Source of the DNA: Actinobacteria bacterium UBA7524
Lineage (GTDB): Bacteria; Actinomycetota; Coriobacteriia; Anaerosomatales; UBA912
Direction of reading: 5' to 3'
Assembly (NCBI GenBank): GCA_002478275.1
Contig: DLMY01000053.1
Coordinates: 90,347-125,450, forward strand
Length of the DNA stretch: 35,104 nucleotides
The notes under the pieces are model-generated. The model ran no database searches, was not told where the DNA came from, and saw only the letters and a list, made by a program, of their open reading frames with translations. The translations under genes and the position numbers were made by a program. Positions 1 to 9,425 of the stretch are shown here, one piece after another. Numbering within the stretch: the stretch's first letter is position 1; the number at the start of each line of letters is the position of its first letter.

Positions 1-2
1 GC

Positions 3-164
3 GTGGAGCTCAGTGCGGAAGAGGTCTCCTCGGCGGATGCGGTAGTGGTGATCACGAATCACTCGGAGCTCGACTACGAGCTGGTGGTCCGCGAGGCTCA
101 GCTCGTGCTCGATACGCGGAACGCGTTGAAGTCCTACGAAGACGACAAGGTGGTGCGGTTGTGA
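3..164 (+). CDS. 3' end of nucleotide-sugar dehydrogenase (UDP-GlcNAc 6-dehydrogenase, WbpA/WecC-like), partial
   Basis: Manual translation VELSAEEVSSADAVVVITNHSELDYELVVREAQLVLDTRNALKSYEDDKVVRL* has the ADAVVxxTxH and DTRN motifs of the UDP-binding C-terminal domain; stop TGA overlaps the next GTG start. Confidence 0.85.
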   Translation: MELSAEEVSSADAVVVITNHSELDYELVVREAQLVLDTRNALKSYEDDKVVRL

Positions 165-1219
165 GTGCGGTCGACGCGGGACGAACTGACGGCGGTAGCG
201 CGCCGGTGCGGGTAGGCGTGGTCGGTTTCGGCTACTGGGGCCCCAACATCGTACGCAACCTCGACAGACTTGGTGACGCGGAGATCGTTGTCGCATGCGA
301 CCTGTCCGAGGCCAACCTCGGCAAGCTGGCGCAGCTCTATCCGTACGTGGAGACCACGACGGACCTGGACGCGATGCTGGCCGACTACGATCTGGACGCC
401 GTGGTTGTCGTCACGAGCGCCCCGAGCCATTACGTGATAGCGAGCAAGGTCATCGCGGCGGGCAAGCACTGCTTCGTGGAAAAGCCGCTGACGCTTACGA
501 CCGAGGACTCCGAGAAGCTCGTGCGCGCAGCGGACGAAGCCGGCGTGACGCTGATGGTCGGACACCTGATGGAGTACCACTCGGCGATCAACTGGATCAA
601 GGAGTACATCGCAGGCGGCGACCTCGGCGACGTGCTTTATGTGTACATGCAGAGGCTCAACCTGGGCAAGGTGCGTACCGAGGAGAACGCGTTCTGGTCG
701 CTGGCTCCACATGATGTCTCGATCGTCCTGTATCTCCTCGGCGAGGCGCCCGATTACGTGAGCGCGAACGGAGCGGCCTACGTGACCCCCGGGGTGCACG
801 ACACGGTATTCGCGAACCTGCACTTCCCGAGCGGCAAGATGGCCAACATCCACGTAAGCTGGCTGGATCCGCACAAGGTCCGCAAGCTCACGGTCGTCGG
901 CACGCGCAAGATGCTCGTGTTCGACGACATGCAGGCGACGGAGAAGATCTGGATCTACGACCGTGGCGTGGGCGAGCCGAAGAAGGCGATGGCGTACGGC
1001 GAGGACCTGACGCTGCGTTTCGGCGACATCAGCGTCCCGTGGGTGCCGCTCAAAGAGCCGCTTGCGATCGAGGTACAGCATTTCCTCGATTGCTGCCGCG
1101 ATGGCCAGACGCCGCGCAGCGACGGTCGCGACGGGCTGCGTGTCGTGCGCGTGCTCGAGGCCGTCGACGAGTCGATGGCCGCCGGAGGGGCTCCGGTCAC
1201 CACGAGTGTGGAGGTCTGA
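161..1219 (+). CDS. Gfo/Idh/MocA family NAD-dependent oxidoreductase (WbpB/WlbA-like sugar 3-dehydrogenase)
   Basis: GVVGFGYWG Rossmann motif, GKHCFVEKP, MVGH; position in a sugar-nucleotide operon. Confidence 0.9.
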   Translation: MSAVDAGRTDGGSAPVRVGVVGFGYWGPNIVRNLDRLGDAEIVVACDLSEANLGKLAQLYPYVETTTDLDAMLADYDLDAVVVVTSAPSHYVIASKVIAAGKHCFVEKPLTLTTEDSEKLVRAADEAGVTLMVGHLMEYHSAINWIKEYIAGGDLGDVLYVYMQRLNLGKVRTEENAFWSLAPHDVSIVLYLLGEAPDYVSANGAAYVTPGVHDTVFANLHFPSGKMANIHVSWLDPHKVRKLTVVGTRKMLVFDDMQATEKIWIYDRGVGEPKKAMAYGEDLTLRFGDISVPWVPLKEPLAIEVQHFLDCCRDGQTPRSDGRDGLRVVRVLEAVDESMAAGGAPVTTSVEV

Positions 1220-1220
1220 G

Positions 1221-2021
1221 ATGGCGCACGGCCTACATGTGTCTGCCGACGCGACCGTGGCGGGTGACCTCGCACACGGGCACGGCGTAGTGATCGCCGC
1301 AGGAGTGTCGATCGGCTCGGGTGTCACACTCGGTCACTTCGTCGTGGTGGCCGAGAGCGCCAGGATCGGCGATGGGTGCATGATCGGCAACCACGTCACG
1401 ATCTGCGAAGGAGCCCTGCTCGGGGATGGTGTCACCGTCTCGGACTTCGCAGTGGTGGGGAAGCGGCCCAAGCTTGGGCCCTCCTCGACCGCGAAGGGTG
1501 GCGAACTGCCGGGAGTCACGCTCGGAGCCGGGTGTTCGGTAGGCAGCCACACCGTCCTGATGGCGGGATCGACCTTCGGCGACGGTTGCATAGTCGGGGA
1601 CAACGCCGGGGTGCGCGAGCGCTGTACGATCGGCGAGCGTGTCGTGGTCGGCCGAGGAGTGACCGTCGAGAACGATACCGCCATCGGATCGAGGACCAAG
1701 ATCCAGAGCGGCGCGTACATCACCGCGTACGTGACGCTTGAAGAGGACGTGTTCATCGCTCCGATGGTGGTCACCACGAACGACAACTACATGGGGCGTA
1801 CCCAGGAGCGTTTCAAGCACCTGAAAGGCTGCACGGTGCGGCGCGGAGCGCGCATCGGCGGTGGCTCGCATATCCTTCCCGGCATCGAGGTCGGCGAGGA
1901 GGCCTTCGTGGCCACGGGTGCCATCGTTACCCGTAACGTGCCTCCCGGCACCATCGTGATGGGTGTTCCGGCCCGCGTCGTACGCGACGTGCCCGCCGAA
2001 CACCTGCTCGAGAACCAGTAG
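1221..2021 (+). CDS. Hexapeptide-repeat (left-handed beta-helix) N-acetyltransferase, WbpD/WlbB-like
   Basis: Hexapeptide repeats, KIQ...VFIAPMVVTTND, GAIVTRNVP...GVPAR; ATG at 1221 after GGAGG (1210-1214), in frame with the 1062 ORF. Confidence 0.9.
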   Translation: MAHGLHVSADATVAGDLAHGHGVVIAAGVSIGSGVTLGHFVVVAESARIGDGCMIGNHVTICEGALLGDGVTVSDFAVVGKRPKLGPSSTAKGGELPGVTLGAGCSVGSHTVLMAGSTFGDGCIVGDNAGVRERCTIGERVVVGRGVTVENDTAIGSRTKIQSGAYITAYVTLEEDVFIAPMVVTTNDNYMGRTQERFKHLKGCTVRRGARIGGGSHILPGIEVGEEAFVATGAIVTRNVPPGTIVMGVPARVVRDVPAEHLLENQ

Positions 2022-2029
2022 ACGTATGT

Positions 2030-2079
2030 GTAACGGCTCGGTCACGGTCTGCGGGTCCGGTTCCGTGGTGCCGCAGAAT
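2030..2079 (+). promoter_or_regulatory. Putative activator-dependent promoter: GTAAC-GGCTCG-GTCAC repeat, 28 nt, then -10-like CAGAAT
   Basis: Same motif and identical spacing recur at 11773-11822. Confidence 0.5.
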
Positions 2080-2141
2080 CGAGCATATGGAAGACGTGCG
2101 AGGGCCGAGCGGCCCCGCAAGGACGAAGGAGCGTAACGTAT

Positions 2142-3257
2142 ATGGGGATCCCCCTGCTCGACCTCAAGGCGCAATACCGCGAACTGCAAAGCGAGCTGGA
2201 CGCCGCGACCGGCGAGGTCATGGCGAATGCGGCGTTCATCGGCGGCCCGAAGGTCAAGGAGCTCGAGCAGGCCATCGCCTCGTACTGCGGTACGGAGCAC
2301 GCGGTGGCGTGCGGTAACGGCACCGATGCGCTGTTCCTGATCATGGCGGCGGCCGGCATCGGGCGCAGTGACGAGGTCATCACGACCCCGTTCACGTTCT
2401 TCGCCACCGCCGAGGCGATAGCACATGTGGGTGCGACCCCCGTGTTCGTCGACATCGAGCCCGGCACGTACAACATGGATGTCACCAAGCTTGAGGCAGC
2501 GATCACCGAGCGCACCAAGGCCATCATGCCCGTGCACATCTTCGGGCAGTGCGTTGACATGGATCCGTTGCTCGCCATCGCGCGCGAGCGGGGCCTGCTT
2601 GTCGTCGAGGACGCGTGTCAGGCGATCGGCGCGACGTACAAGGGTAAGCGCGCGGGTGGCCTGGCCGACGCGGCCGCGTTCTCGTTCTTCCCGAGCAAGA
2701 ACCTGGGGTGTGCCGGTGACGGAGGCATCATCACCACCGATGACGCCGACCTGGCGGCCCGCGCACGCAAGCTCGCCTCGCACGGCACGACCAAGAAGTA
2801 CTTCCACGACACCTTCGGCACCAACAGCAGGCTCGATGCGCTGCAAGCTGCCATTCTGCTGGTCAAGCTCCCGCATCTGGACCGCTGGAACGCGGAGCGG
2901 CGCGAGGCGGCGGCCATCTACGATGAGCTGCTCGCGGGCACCCCGGGCATCGAGCTTCCGGTGGCGCGCGAGTATGGTGAGGCGGTCTACCACCTCTACA
3001 TCGTCAAGACCTCCTCGGCGGAAGGTGCCGAGAAAGTGATGGGCGCGCTCAAGGAAGCGGGCATCGGTACCGCGCTCTACTACCCGCTCGCCTTGCACGA
3101 GCAGGAGGTCTTCACGAAGGATCCTGACTACGTGCAGCCTTCGCTACCGGTCGCCGAGTCGTGTGACGGCGCCACGTTCGCGTTGCCGGCCTACCCGGGG
3201 ATCGTGCGTGAGCAGATCGAGGAAGTGGTCACAGTGGTGAAGGCGGCGTTGGCGTGA
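2142..3257 (+). CDS. DegT/DnrJ/EryC1/StrS PLP-dependent sugar aminotransferase (WbpE/WlbC-like)
   Basis: NGTDAL, TTPFTFFAT, VVEDACQA, SFFPSKNLG (PLP lysine), GTNSRLD; RBS GAAGGAG. Confidence 0.93.
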   Translation: MGIPLLDLKAQYRELQSELDAATGEVMANAAFIGGPKVKELEQAIASYCGTEHAVACGNGTDALFLIMAAAGIGRSDEVITTPFTFFATAEAIAHVGATPVFVDIEPGTYNMDVTKLEAAITERTKAIMPVHIFGQCVDMDPLLAIARERGLLVVEDACQAIGATYKGKRAGGLADAAAFSFFPSKNLGCAGDGGIITTDDADLAARARKLASHGTTKKYFHDTFGTNSRLDALQAAILLVKLPHLDRWNAERREAAAIYDELLAGTPGIELPVAREYGEAVYHLYIVKTSSAEGAEKVMGALKEAGIGTALYYPLALHEQEVFTKDPDYVQPSLPVAESCDGATFALPAYPGIVREQIEEVVTVVKAALA

Positions 3258-4384
3258 GTGGTGCGGACATGACTGACGGGAGTGCGGACGAGGGGCTGAG
3301 GGCCCGGCGGCTGACGATCGTTTCCGTGGTCGGTGCACGTCCGCAGTTCATCAAGGCGGCGCCGGTGAGCCGTGTGCTTCGTGAGCGTCACGACGAGGTG
3401 CTCGTGCACTCCGGGCAGCACTATGACTACGCGATGAGCGACGTGTTCTTCGAGCAGCTCGGTATACCCAAGCCCGACTTCAACCTCGCGGTCGGTTCGG
3501 GCTCGCATGCCCGGCAGACCGGCGAGATGATGCCGATGCTCGAGGAGCTCTTCATCGAGAAGGACCCCGACATGGTCCTCGTCTACGGCGACACGAACAC
3601 GACGCTGGCCGCGGGTCTCGCGGCGGCGAAGCTCGGCGTGCCGGTCGCGCATGTCGAGGCCGGACTGCGCTCGTTCAACCGCTCTATGCCCGAGGAGATC
3701 AACCGCGTCTTGGTCGATCACGTCTCGGAGGTCCTGCTGTGCCCGACGCGCGCTTCCGTGGCGAACCTCGAGGCCGAGGGTATCACCGAGGGCGTGCATC
3801 TGGTCGGAGACGTGATGCTGGACACGGCGCGGTTCTTCGCCGAGCACGTCGACCCGACCGAAGCGCTCGACACCTACGAGCTCGAGCGTGACGGCTACTA
3901 CCTGGCGACCGTCCACCGGGCGGGCAACAGCGACAGCCGGACGAGGCTTGTCGCCATCATCGAGGCGTTCGACTCGCTCGACCGTCAGGTGCTGTGGGCC
4001 GTTCATCCGCGTACAGCGAAGAACATCGAGGCGTTCGGCTTGACGGAGATGCTTGAGGACGCGGGCAACATCCGCCAGGTGCCGCCCATCTCCTATATCG
4101 ATACCGTCTCGCTGCTGCGTTGTGCGGCGGGGCTGCTGACCGATTCCGGAGGCATGCAGAAAGAGGCGTACTTCTTCGGCATCCCGTGCGTGACATTGCG
4201 CGAGGAGACCGAGTGGGTCGAGACGGTCGAGCTTGGCTGGAACACGCTTGCCGGAGCCGATGGAGACCGGATCCGTAGTGCGGTCGACGCGCTGCACAAG
4301 CCCACCGTGCGCCCTGACGTCTATGGCGACGGGCGTGCCGCCGAGGCCATCGCGCATGCGATAGAGCAGTACTTCGGAGGCTGA
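3254..4384 (+). CDS. wecB: Non-hydrolysing UDP-GlcNAc 2-epimerase family (WecB/WbpI-like)
   Basis: GARPQFIK, HSGQHYD, GDTNTT, HVEAGLRS, PEEINR, TDSGGMQKEA, RxETEW; start could also be ATG 3269. Confidence 0.92.
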   Translation: MSGADMTDGSADEGLRARRLTIVSVVGARPQFIKAAPVSRVLRERHDEVLVHSGQHYDYAMSDVFFEQLGIPKPDFNLAVGSGSHARQTGEMMPMLEELFIEKDPDMVLVYGDTNTTLAAGLAAAKLGVPVAHVEAGLRSFNRSMPEEINRVLVDHVSEVLLCPTRASVANLEAEGITEGVHLVGDVMLDTARFFAEHVDPTEALDTYELERDGYYLATVHRAGNSDSRTRLVAIIEAFDSLDRQVLWAVHPRTAKNIEAFGLTEMLEDAGNIRQVPPISYIDTVSLLRCAAGLLTDSGGMQKEAYFFGIPCVTLREETEWVETVELGWNTLAGADGDRIRSAVDALHKPTVRPDVYGDGRAAEAIAHAIEQYFGG

Positions 4385-4387
4385 TAG

Positions 4388-5428
4388 ATGGTGGCCGGTT
4401 CCGATCAGTTGGGGCGACGCCTCTGGGTAGACATGACCAATTCCCCGCACGTGCTCGTACTCAGGCCGATCATCGACGAGTTCGCAGAGCGCGGTTGGGA
4501 GGTCGTCGTGACCGCCCGGCATTTCGCGCAGACGATCCCGTTGCTCGAGCGGTTCGGGATCGAGCATACGGTCATAGGAAGGCACCGTGGCCGCAACATG
4601 GCCGCGAAGGCATGGGGGATGGCGGCGCGTACCGGCTCGATGGTGCGGTTCGGTTCGGGGAAGGGCTTTCACCTCGCGCTGTCGCACGCGAGCAACGATC
4701 TTCCCGTGGCATCCCGCATGCTAGGGATACCGCACGTGACGATGTTCGACTACGAGTTCGCCAAGTTGTCGCACTCGATCAACGTGCGTTTCTCGGCAAA
4801 GGCGCTCGTGCCCGATGCGATCAGCGTGGAGGCGCTCGCGCCGTACGGAGGAACGCCCGCGAAGGTCGACAGGTATCCCGGACTGAAGGAAGAGTACTAC
4901 CTTGCGGATTTCGAGCCTGACCCGGGCGTGCTCGAAGCGCTGGGTCTGGACAGCTCGAAGATCCTGCTCGTCTTGCGTACGCCGCCCAGCATGGCCGCGT
5001 ACCACAGGATGGAGAACCCGGTCTTCGACGACGTGTTGAGAGCCATCGCTTCTCGCGACGACACGCAGGCGGTCGTACTGCTGCGGACTCCTGACCAGCG
5101 CGCGGGTGTCGAGGCGCTGGGAGCTGGTAACCTGATAGTCCCCGACAAGGTCGTGGACGCGCAGAGTCTCGTATACTACGCCGATGCGGTGGTTTCCGGC
5201 GGAGGGACGCTGAACCGTGAAGCGGTCGCGCTCGGTACGCCGGCATACACGGTCTTCCAGGGCGTCATGGGCGCCGTGGACAACGACCTGATCGAGCGGG
5301 GCCTGATGGTAAGGCTCTCCTCGGCGGATGAACTGAGGTTGGAGAAGAAGCCGGCTGGCGCGAGCAGGACGCGCAGGGATGTCGGAGAGTTGGTCGACCG
5401 TATCGCGGCGGTAGCGAAGCCGCGCTGA
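4388..5428 (+). CDS. DUF354 family GT-B-fold protein (putative glycosyltransferase)
   Basis: WVDMTNSPHV N-terminus, YPGLKEEYYL, GGGTLNREAVALGTP. Confidence 0.8.
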   Translation: MVAGSDQLGRRLWVDMTNSPHVLVLRPIIDEFAERGWEVVVTARHFAQTIPLLERFGIEHTVIGRHRGRNMAAKAWGMAARTGSMVRFGSGKGFHLALSHASNDLPVASRMLGIPHVTMFDYEFAKLSHSINVRFSAKALVPDAISVEALAPYGGTPAKVDRYPGLKEEYYLADFEPDPGVLEALGLDSSKILLVLRTPPSMAAYHRMENPVFDDVLRAIASRDDTQAVVLLRTPDQRAGVEALGAGNLIVPDKVVDAQSLVYYADAVVSGGGTLNREAVALGTPAYTVFQGVMGAVDNDLIERGLMVRLSSADELRLEKKPAGASRTRRDVGELVDRIAAVAKPR

Positions 5429-5447
5429 GAGAGGTCAGTTAACGGAG

Positions 5448-6932
5448 ATGGGCAGGCGTTCAAGACAGGAACCGGGTGGCGAGCGGTCCAGGCGCAGGAA
5501 GCCGGAGCGCGGTTCGCGCGCGGGCAAGGCGTGGCGCAAGTCCGGTCCGGAGCGCATAGAGAAGCTTGAGCCGAGCGCTACTTCGGGGGAGTCGCCGACC
5601 GAGTCCACTCGTCGCCGGCAGCGTCCGGACTACGGCGAGCGACGCCGCAGGGCGCTCAGGCGCAAGCGGGCCGCACTCGGCTGTGCCGGTGCTGTGGGCG
5701 CATTCATGCTGCTGGCAGCCGTCGCGGTCGCGCTGTACGTGGGCGCCATCAACAACAAGCTCACCGGAGAGATACGCGCAGAGAGCAACGTCGTCCAGTT
5801 GCTGCGCAGGGAGAGACCGGCCGAGCGTAACGATCCGTTCTACATGCTCCTGATGGGCGTGGACAGTCGCGAGGAGGGGGAACGTGCTCGCTCGGACACG
5901 TTGATCGTGGCACGCATCGACCCGGACAAGAAGACGGCCGCGCTCATCTCCATCCCGCGCGACACGCGTGTCAACGTGCCCGGACATGGCCTCCAGAAGA
6001 TCAACTCGGCCAACGCCTACGGTGGGCCGGAGCTGGTGATCCGGACGGTCAAGGACTTCACTGGGCTGCCCATCAGCCATTACGTCGAGATCGACTTCAG
6101 TGGCTTCAAGAGTGTGGTCGATGCTCTGGGCGGTGTGACCGTCTACGTCCCGCAGCGTATCAACGACATGAAGGCCGCGAATCACGTGGCGTCGGCGGCG
6201 AAGCTCGAGGCCGGGGAGCAGCGGCTGGACGGAGCGCATGCGCTGACGTTCGTGCGGTCGCGGGCTTTCCCCAGAGGTGACCTGCAGCGTGTCGAGAACC
6301 AGCAGGCCTTCCTCAAGGCGCTGGTGAAAGAGACCCTCAGGGTGACCAACGCACTCAGACTGCCCTCGGTGGTCGATGCGGTCGCGCAGAACGTCACCAC
6401 AGACATGTCCGTGGGTGACCTGCTGAGGGTCGCCAACCAGATGAAGGACATGCAAGACGAGGCTATCGAGACCGCCACGATGCCCGGCGAGCCCAAGATG
6501 ATAGGCGGCGGGTCGTACGTGATCTGCGACGAAGAGGCGTTCAAGGAGATGCTCTCCCGATTCAGGGACGGCCGGTCGATAGAGAACATCGATGACGAGG
6601 GCAACCCTGACCCCTCCACGCCCGAAGAGGTGTCGGTGACCATCCGCAACGGTGCCGGGATCGCCGGTGTCGGAGCGGACGCCGCGCGTAAGCTCCGGGG
6701 CCATCACTTCGATGTCGACGAGGTCGGCAACATGAACCAGTTCGTCTACGACGAGTCACTCATCGTCTACAAGACCAACAAGGGGCCTGCGGAACTGGTC
6801 GCCGGCAGCCTCGGGCGCGGCCGCGTGGTTCCGTCGCGCGGGATGTACGCGTTCGATAGCGACGTGCTGCTCGTCGTAGGCAAGGACTGGGGGGTGCCGG
6901 AACCGCTGCGCACTCTGCAGCTGATCCGCTGA
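5448..6932 (+). CDS. LCP (LytR-CpsA-Psr) glycopolymer-peptidoglycan transferase with LytR C-terminal domain
   Basis: Arg-rich N-tail plus TM helix, RSDT, SIPRD, KINSA, ALTFVRSR..GDLQRVENQQ, C-terminal VTIRNGAGIAG. Confidence 0.92.
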   Translation: MGRRSRQEPGGERSRRRKPERGSRAGKAWRKSGPERIEKLEPSATSGESPTESTRRRQRPDYGERRRRALRRKRAALGCAGAVGAFMLLAAVAVALYVGAINNKLTGEIRAESNVVQLLRRERPAERNDPFYMLLMGVDSREEGERARSDTLIVARIDPDKKTAALISIPRDTRVNVPGHGLQKINSANAYGGPELVIRTVKDFTGLPISHYVEIDFSGFKSVVDALGGVTVYVPQRINDMKAANHVASAAKLEAGEQRLDGAHALTFVRSRAFPRGDLQRVENQQAFLKALVKETLRVTNALRLPSVVDAVAQNVTTDMSVGDLLRVANQMKDMQDEAIETATMPGEPKMIGGGSYVICDEEAFKEMLSRFRDGRSIENIDDEGNPDPSTPEEVSVTIRNGAGIAGVGADAARKLRGHHFDVDEVGNMNQFVYDESLIVYKTNKGPAELVAGSLGRGRVVPSRGMYAFDSDVLLVVGKDWGVPEPLRTLQLIR

Positions 6933-6952
6933 GCACCGACCTGGCCCCGGAT

Positions 6953-6981
6953 TTGCCGCCTACTGTCCCTGACGCTACCAT
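6953..6981 (+). promoter_or_regulatory. Putative housekeeping sigma promoter TTGCCG-N17-TACCAT
   Basis: Consensus-like hexamers with a 17-nt spacer upstream of the SpoIID gene. Confidence 0.45.
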
Positions 6982-7027
6982 CTGAAGCGTGCCTGTCACG
7001 GCACACGATGGCACGAAGGAAGCACAG

Positions 7028-9265
7028 ATGATGTCACGGCTTCGCCGCACCACGCATCGTACTCTCAAGCCCGTGATGACAGCGCTGCTGGCCGCAGCGC
7101 TGGTCCTCGGTTCCGCTCCCGCGCAGCTGGAGGGGCAAGAGCCGACATTCACCTTCATCAGCCGCGGGTTCGGCCACGGCATCGGGATGAGCCAGTGGGG
7201 CGCGAAGGGTTTCGCCGAGAAGGGCTACGGATACGCACACATCCTGCGCCACTACTACGGCTCCGGCGGCACGGACCCCAAGACCGCCTTGACCACGCTT
7301 TCCTCCGAGCCGATCCGGGACGTCAACGTCGACCGCGAGGCGAATTACGACTCGGGCGCCAACGCCGGATACACGCGAAGCTCCTGGAACCTGAGGCCCG
7401 GTCACGCCGGGTCGCAGCTTGCGGTGATGTCGGGTTCGACGGTCGACACGTATCCCGACGGCTGGACGACCATCTCGGCGAGCGGCAACAACGTCGTGGT
7501 CAGAAACGCAGTCTCCGGAGCGACCAAGACCTACGCCGGGACGATCGCGGTGTGGGGTGCGACGGGGTCTCCTCGGCTGACACAGGTACGGGAAGGGACC
7601 GGCTTCTACAACTACGAGTACGTCCGCTTCCGAGGAGAGATGCGCGTCAGCGCCTCCTCGGGGATGCTCAAGCTGATCAACCGCGTCTCGATGACCGAGT
7701 ACCTCTACGGGGTCGTGCCGCGCGAATCGCCGGCGAGCTGGCATATCGAGGCCCTCAAGGCGCAGGCGGTGGCGGCGCGCGGCTACGCGATCACCGCCAC
7801 GCGCGCCGAGCTGTACACGACCACCCGCGACCAGGTCTACGGCGGCCACTCGCGGGGTTCGGACCGCTCGAACACCGAGGCGCACGAGTACGCGAGCACG
7901 AACTCGGCGGTCGACGCGACGGCGCGTCAGGTCGTCACCTACGGCGGTGTGGCCGTGCGCACGTTCTTCGCGTCCACGTCCGGCGGCTATACGGAGCACA
8001 ACGAGAACATCTGGAGCGGAGGAGCACAGTCGCATCTTCGCGGCGTACCCGATCCGTTCGAGCTGGCGTCCGGCTCGAAGTACCACTCCTGGTCAACGGT
8101 GACCTACACTGCGAGCCAGGCCCGCACGCAGTTGCTTGCTGCGGGCGTAGCCGCCTCGGCGCTGCCCGCGGCGATCGCGGACATCCGGGTGACGGCGCGC
8201 GGTGTGTCGGGCCGGCCCACCGCGATCACGATCACGGGCACCGACGGCAAGGCCTACCCGTTCGCACAGTCGAGCATGGACCGCTTCCGCAACGCGTTCG
8301 GGCTCGGCCGCAGTCGTTGGATACACATCAACCCCAAGTCGGGCCGCATCCAGGGCGCCGACCGCTACGAGACCTCCGTCAACGCGAGCAAACGGGTGTT
8401 CACGTCGCCCCAGACGGTGATCGTCGCTGGCGGACGCGCTCCCGCTGACGCGCTGGCGGCATCCGGACTCGCAGGGGCCGTGGGAGGAGCGCCGGTGCTG
8501 CTCACCCCGGCCAGCAGACTCGATTCTCGTGTCGCCGAGGAGATCAGACGACTCTCGCCAGGTAAGGTCTACCTGGTGGGTGGGACAGCCGTGCTCTCAT
8601 CGCAGGTCGAAGCCGACCTGCGGGCGCTGCCCGGTCTCGGTGCCGCCGGTGCGGTGCAGCGCCTCGCGGGAAGCGACCGTTACGGAACCGCCCGTGTCAT
8701 CGCACTCGAGATCAAGGCGCGTGGCGTGTCCACTCCCCGTGCGATCGTGGTGAGCGGCGAGAGTCTGGCCGACGCTGTCGCAGCTGCCGGGCTCGCGTAC
8801 TCGCGCAAGCTGCCGATCATCCCCGTGAAGGCTGCGACGGTGCCGGGTTCCTCGGCAGAGGCGCTTCAGGCGCTGGGTGTGACCGAGTCGCTCGTGGTGG
8901 GCGGTGAGGCGGTCGTGGGAGCGGGTGTGTTCGGTGAGCTGCCGGGCGCGAAGCGCATCGCTGCCGGCAAGGACCGCTACGAGACCGCGGGTCAGCTGGC
9001 CGATTACATCACGGCTAACGAGGGCTTCAACTGGGGAAGCGTATACGTCTCGAGTGGGCATTCGCTTGTTGACGCGCTGTCGGCGGGGCCGGTCACCGGG
9101 CACAACCGCAACCCGATGTTGTTCGTGCGTCCTTGGGGCGAGGCCTCTGCGACCACGGACAGGCTCGTCGCCCGCAAGAGCTCGCTTTGGCGGGTGCACA
9201 TCGTCGGTGGCGAGGCCGCCGTGCCCGGTTGGAATCAAAGCCGCATCGAGACGGTGTTCGACTAG
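7028..9265 (+). CDS. Secreted SpoIID/LytB lytic-transglycosylase-domain protein with three cell-wall-binding-2 (CWB2) repeats
   Basis: Signal-like N-terminus; GFGHGIGMSQWGA..ILRHYY; YLYGVVPRESP..EALKAQAVAAR; three GxDRYxT repeats with DAL/DAV and PVLL/PIIP/PMLF; RBS GAAGGA favours ATG 7028. Confidence 0.88.
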   Translation: MMSRLRRTTHRTLKPVMTALLAAALVLGSAPAQLEGQEPTFTFISRGFGHGIGMSQWGAKGFAEKGYGYAHILRHYYGSGGTDPKTALTTLSSEPIRDVNVDREANYDSGANAGYTRSSWNLRPGHAGSQLAVMSGSTVDTYPDGWTTISASGNNVVVRNAVSGATKTYAGTIAVWGATGSPRLTQVREGTGFYNYEYVRFRGEMRVSASSGMLKLINRVSMTEYLYGVVPRESPASWHIEALKAQAVAARGYAITATRAELYTTTRDQVYGGHSRGSDRSNTEAHEYASTNSAVDATARQVVTYGGVAVRTFFASTSGGYTEHNENIWSGGAQSHLRGVPDPFELASGSKYHSWSTVTYTASQARTQLLAAGVAASALPAAIADIRVTARGVSGRPTAITITGTDGKAYPFAQSSMDRFRNAFGLGRSRWIHINPKSGRIQGADRYETSVNASKRVFTSPQTVIVAGGRAPADALAASGLAGAVGGAPVLLTPASRLDSRVAEEIRRLSPGKVYLVGGTAVLSSQVEADLRALPGLGAAGAVQRLAGSDRYGTARVIALEIKARGVSTPRAIVVSGESLADAVAAAGLAYSRKLPIIPVKAATVPGSSAEALQALGVTESLVVGGEAVVGAGVFGELPGAKRIAAGKDRYETAGQLADYITANEGFNWGSVYVSSGHSLVDALSAGPVTGHNRNPMLFVRPWGEASATTDRLVARKSSLWRVHIVGGEAAVPGWNQSRIETVFD

Positions 9266-9425
9266 CGCGTAGACCAGAGGGCTCATGCGCGGCTTCAAGC
9301 GGCCTTCGACTCTGGCCGATACTCACCATGTGGGCCTCAGTATCGCTTGTGTGTATCCCGGCCCCGGTGAGGTTTCGAATCGCCAGACACGAGTCTGCGA
9401 ACTGTAGTGATCGAGGTGTGTTCGT

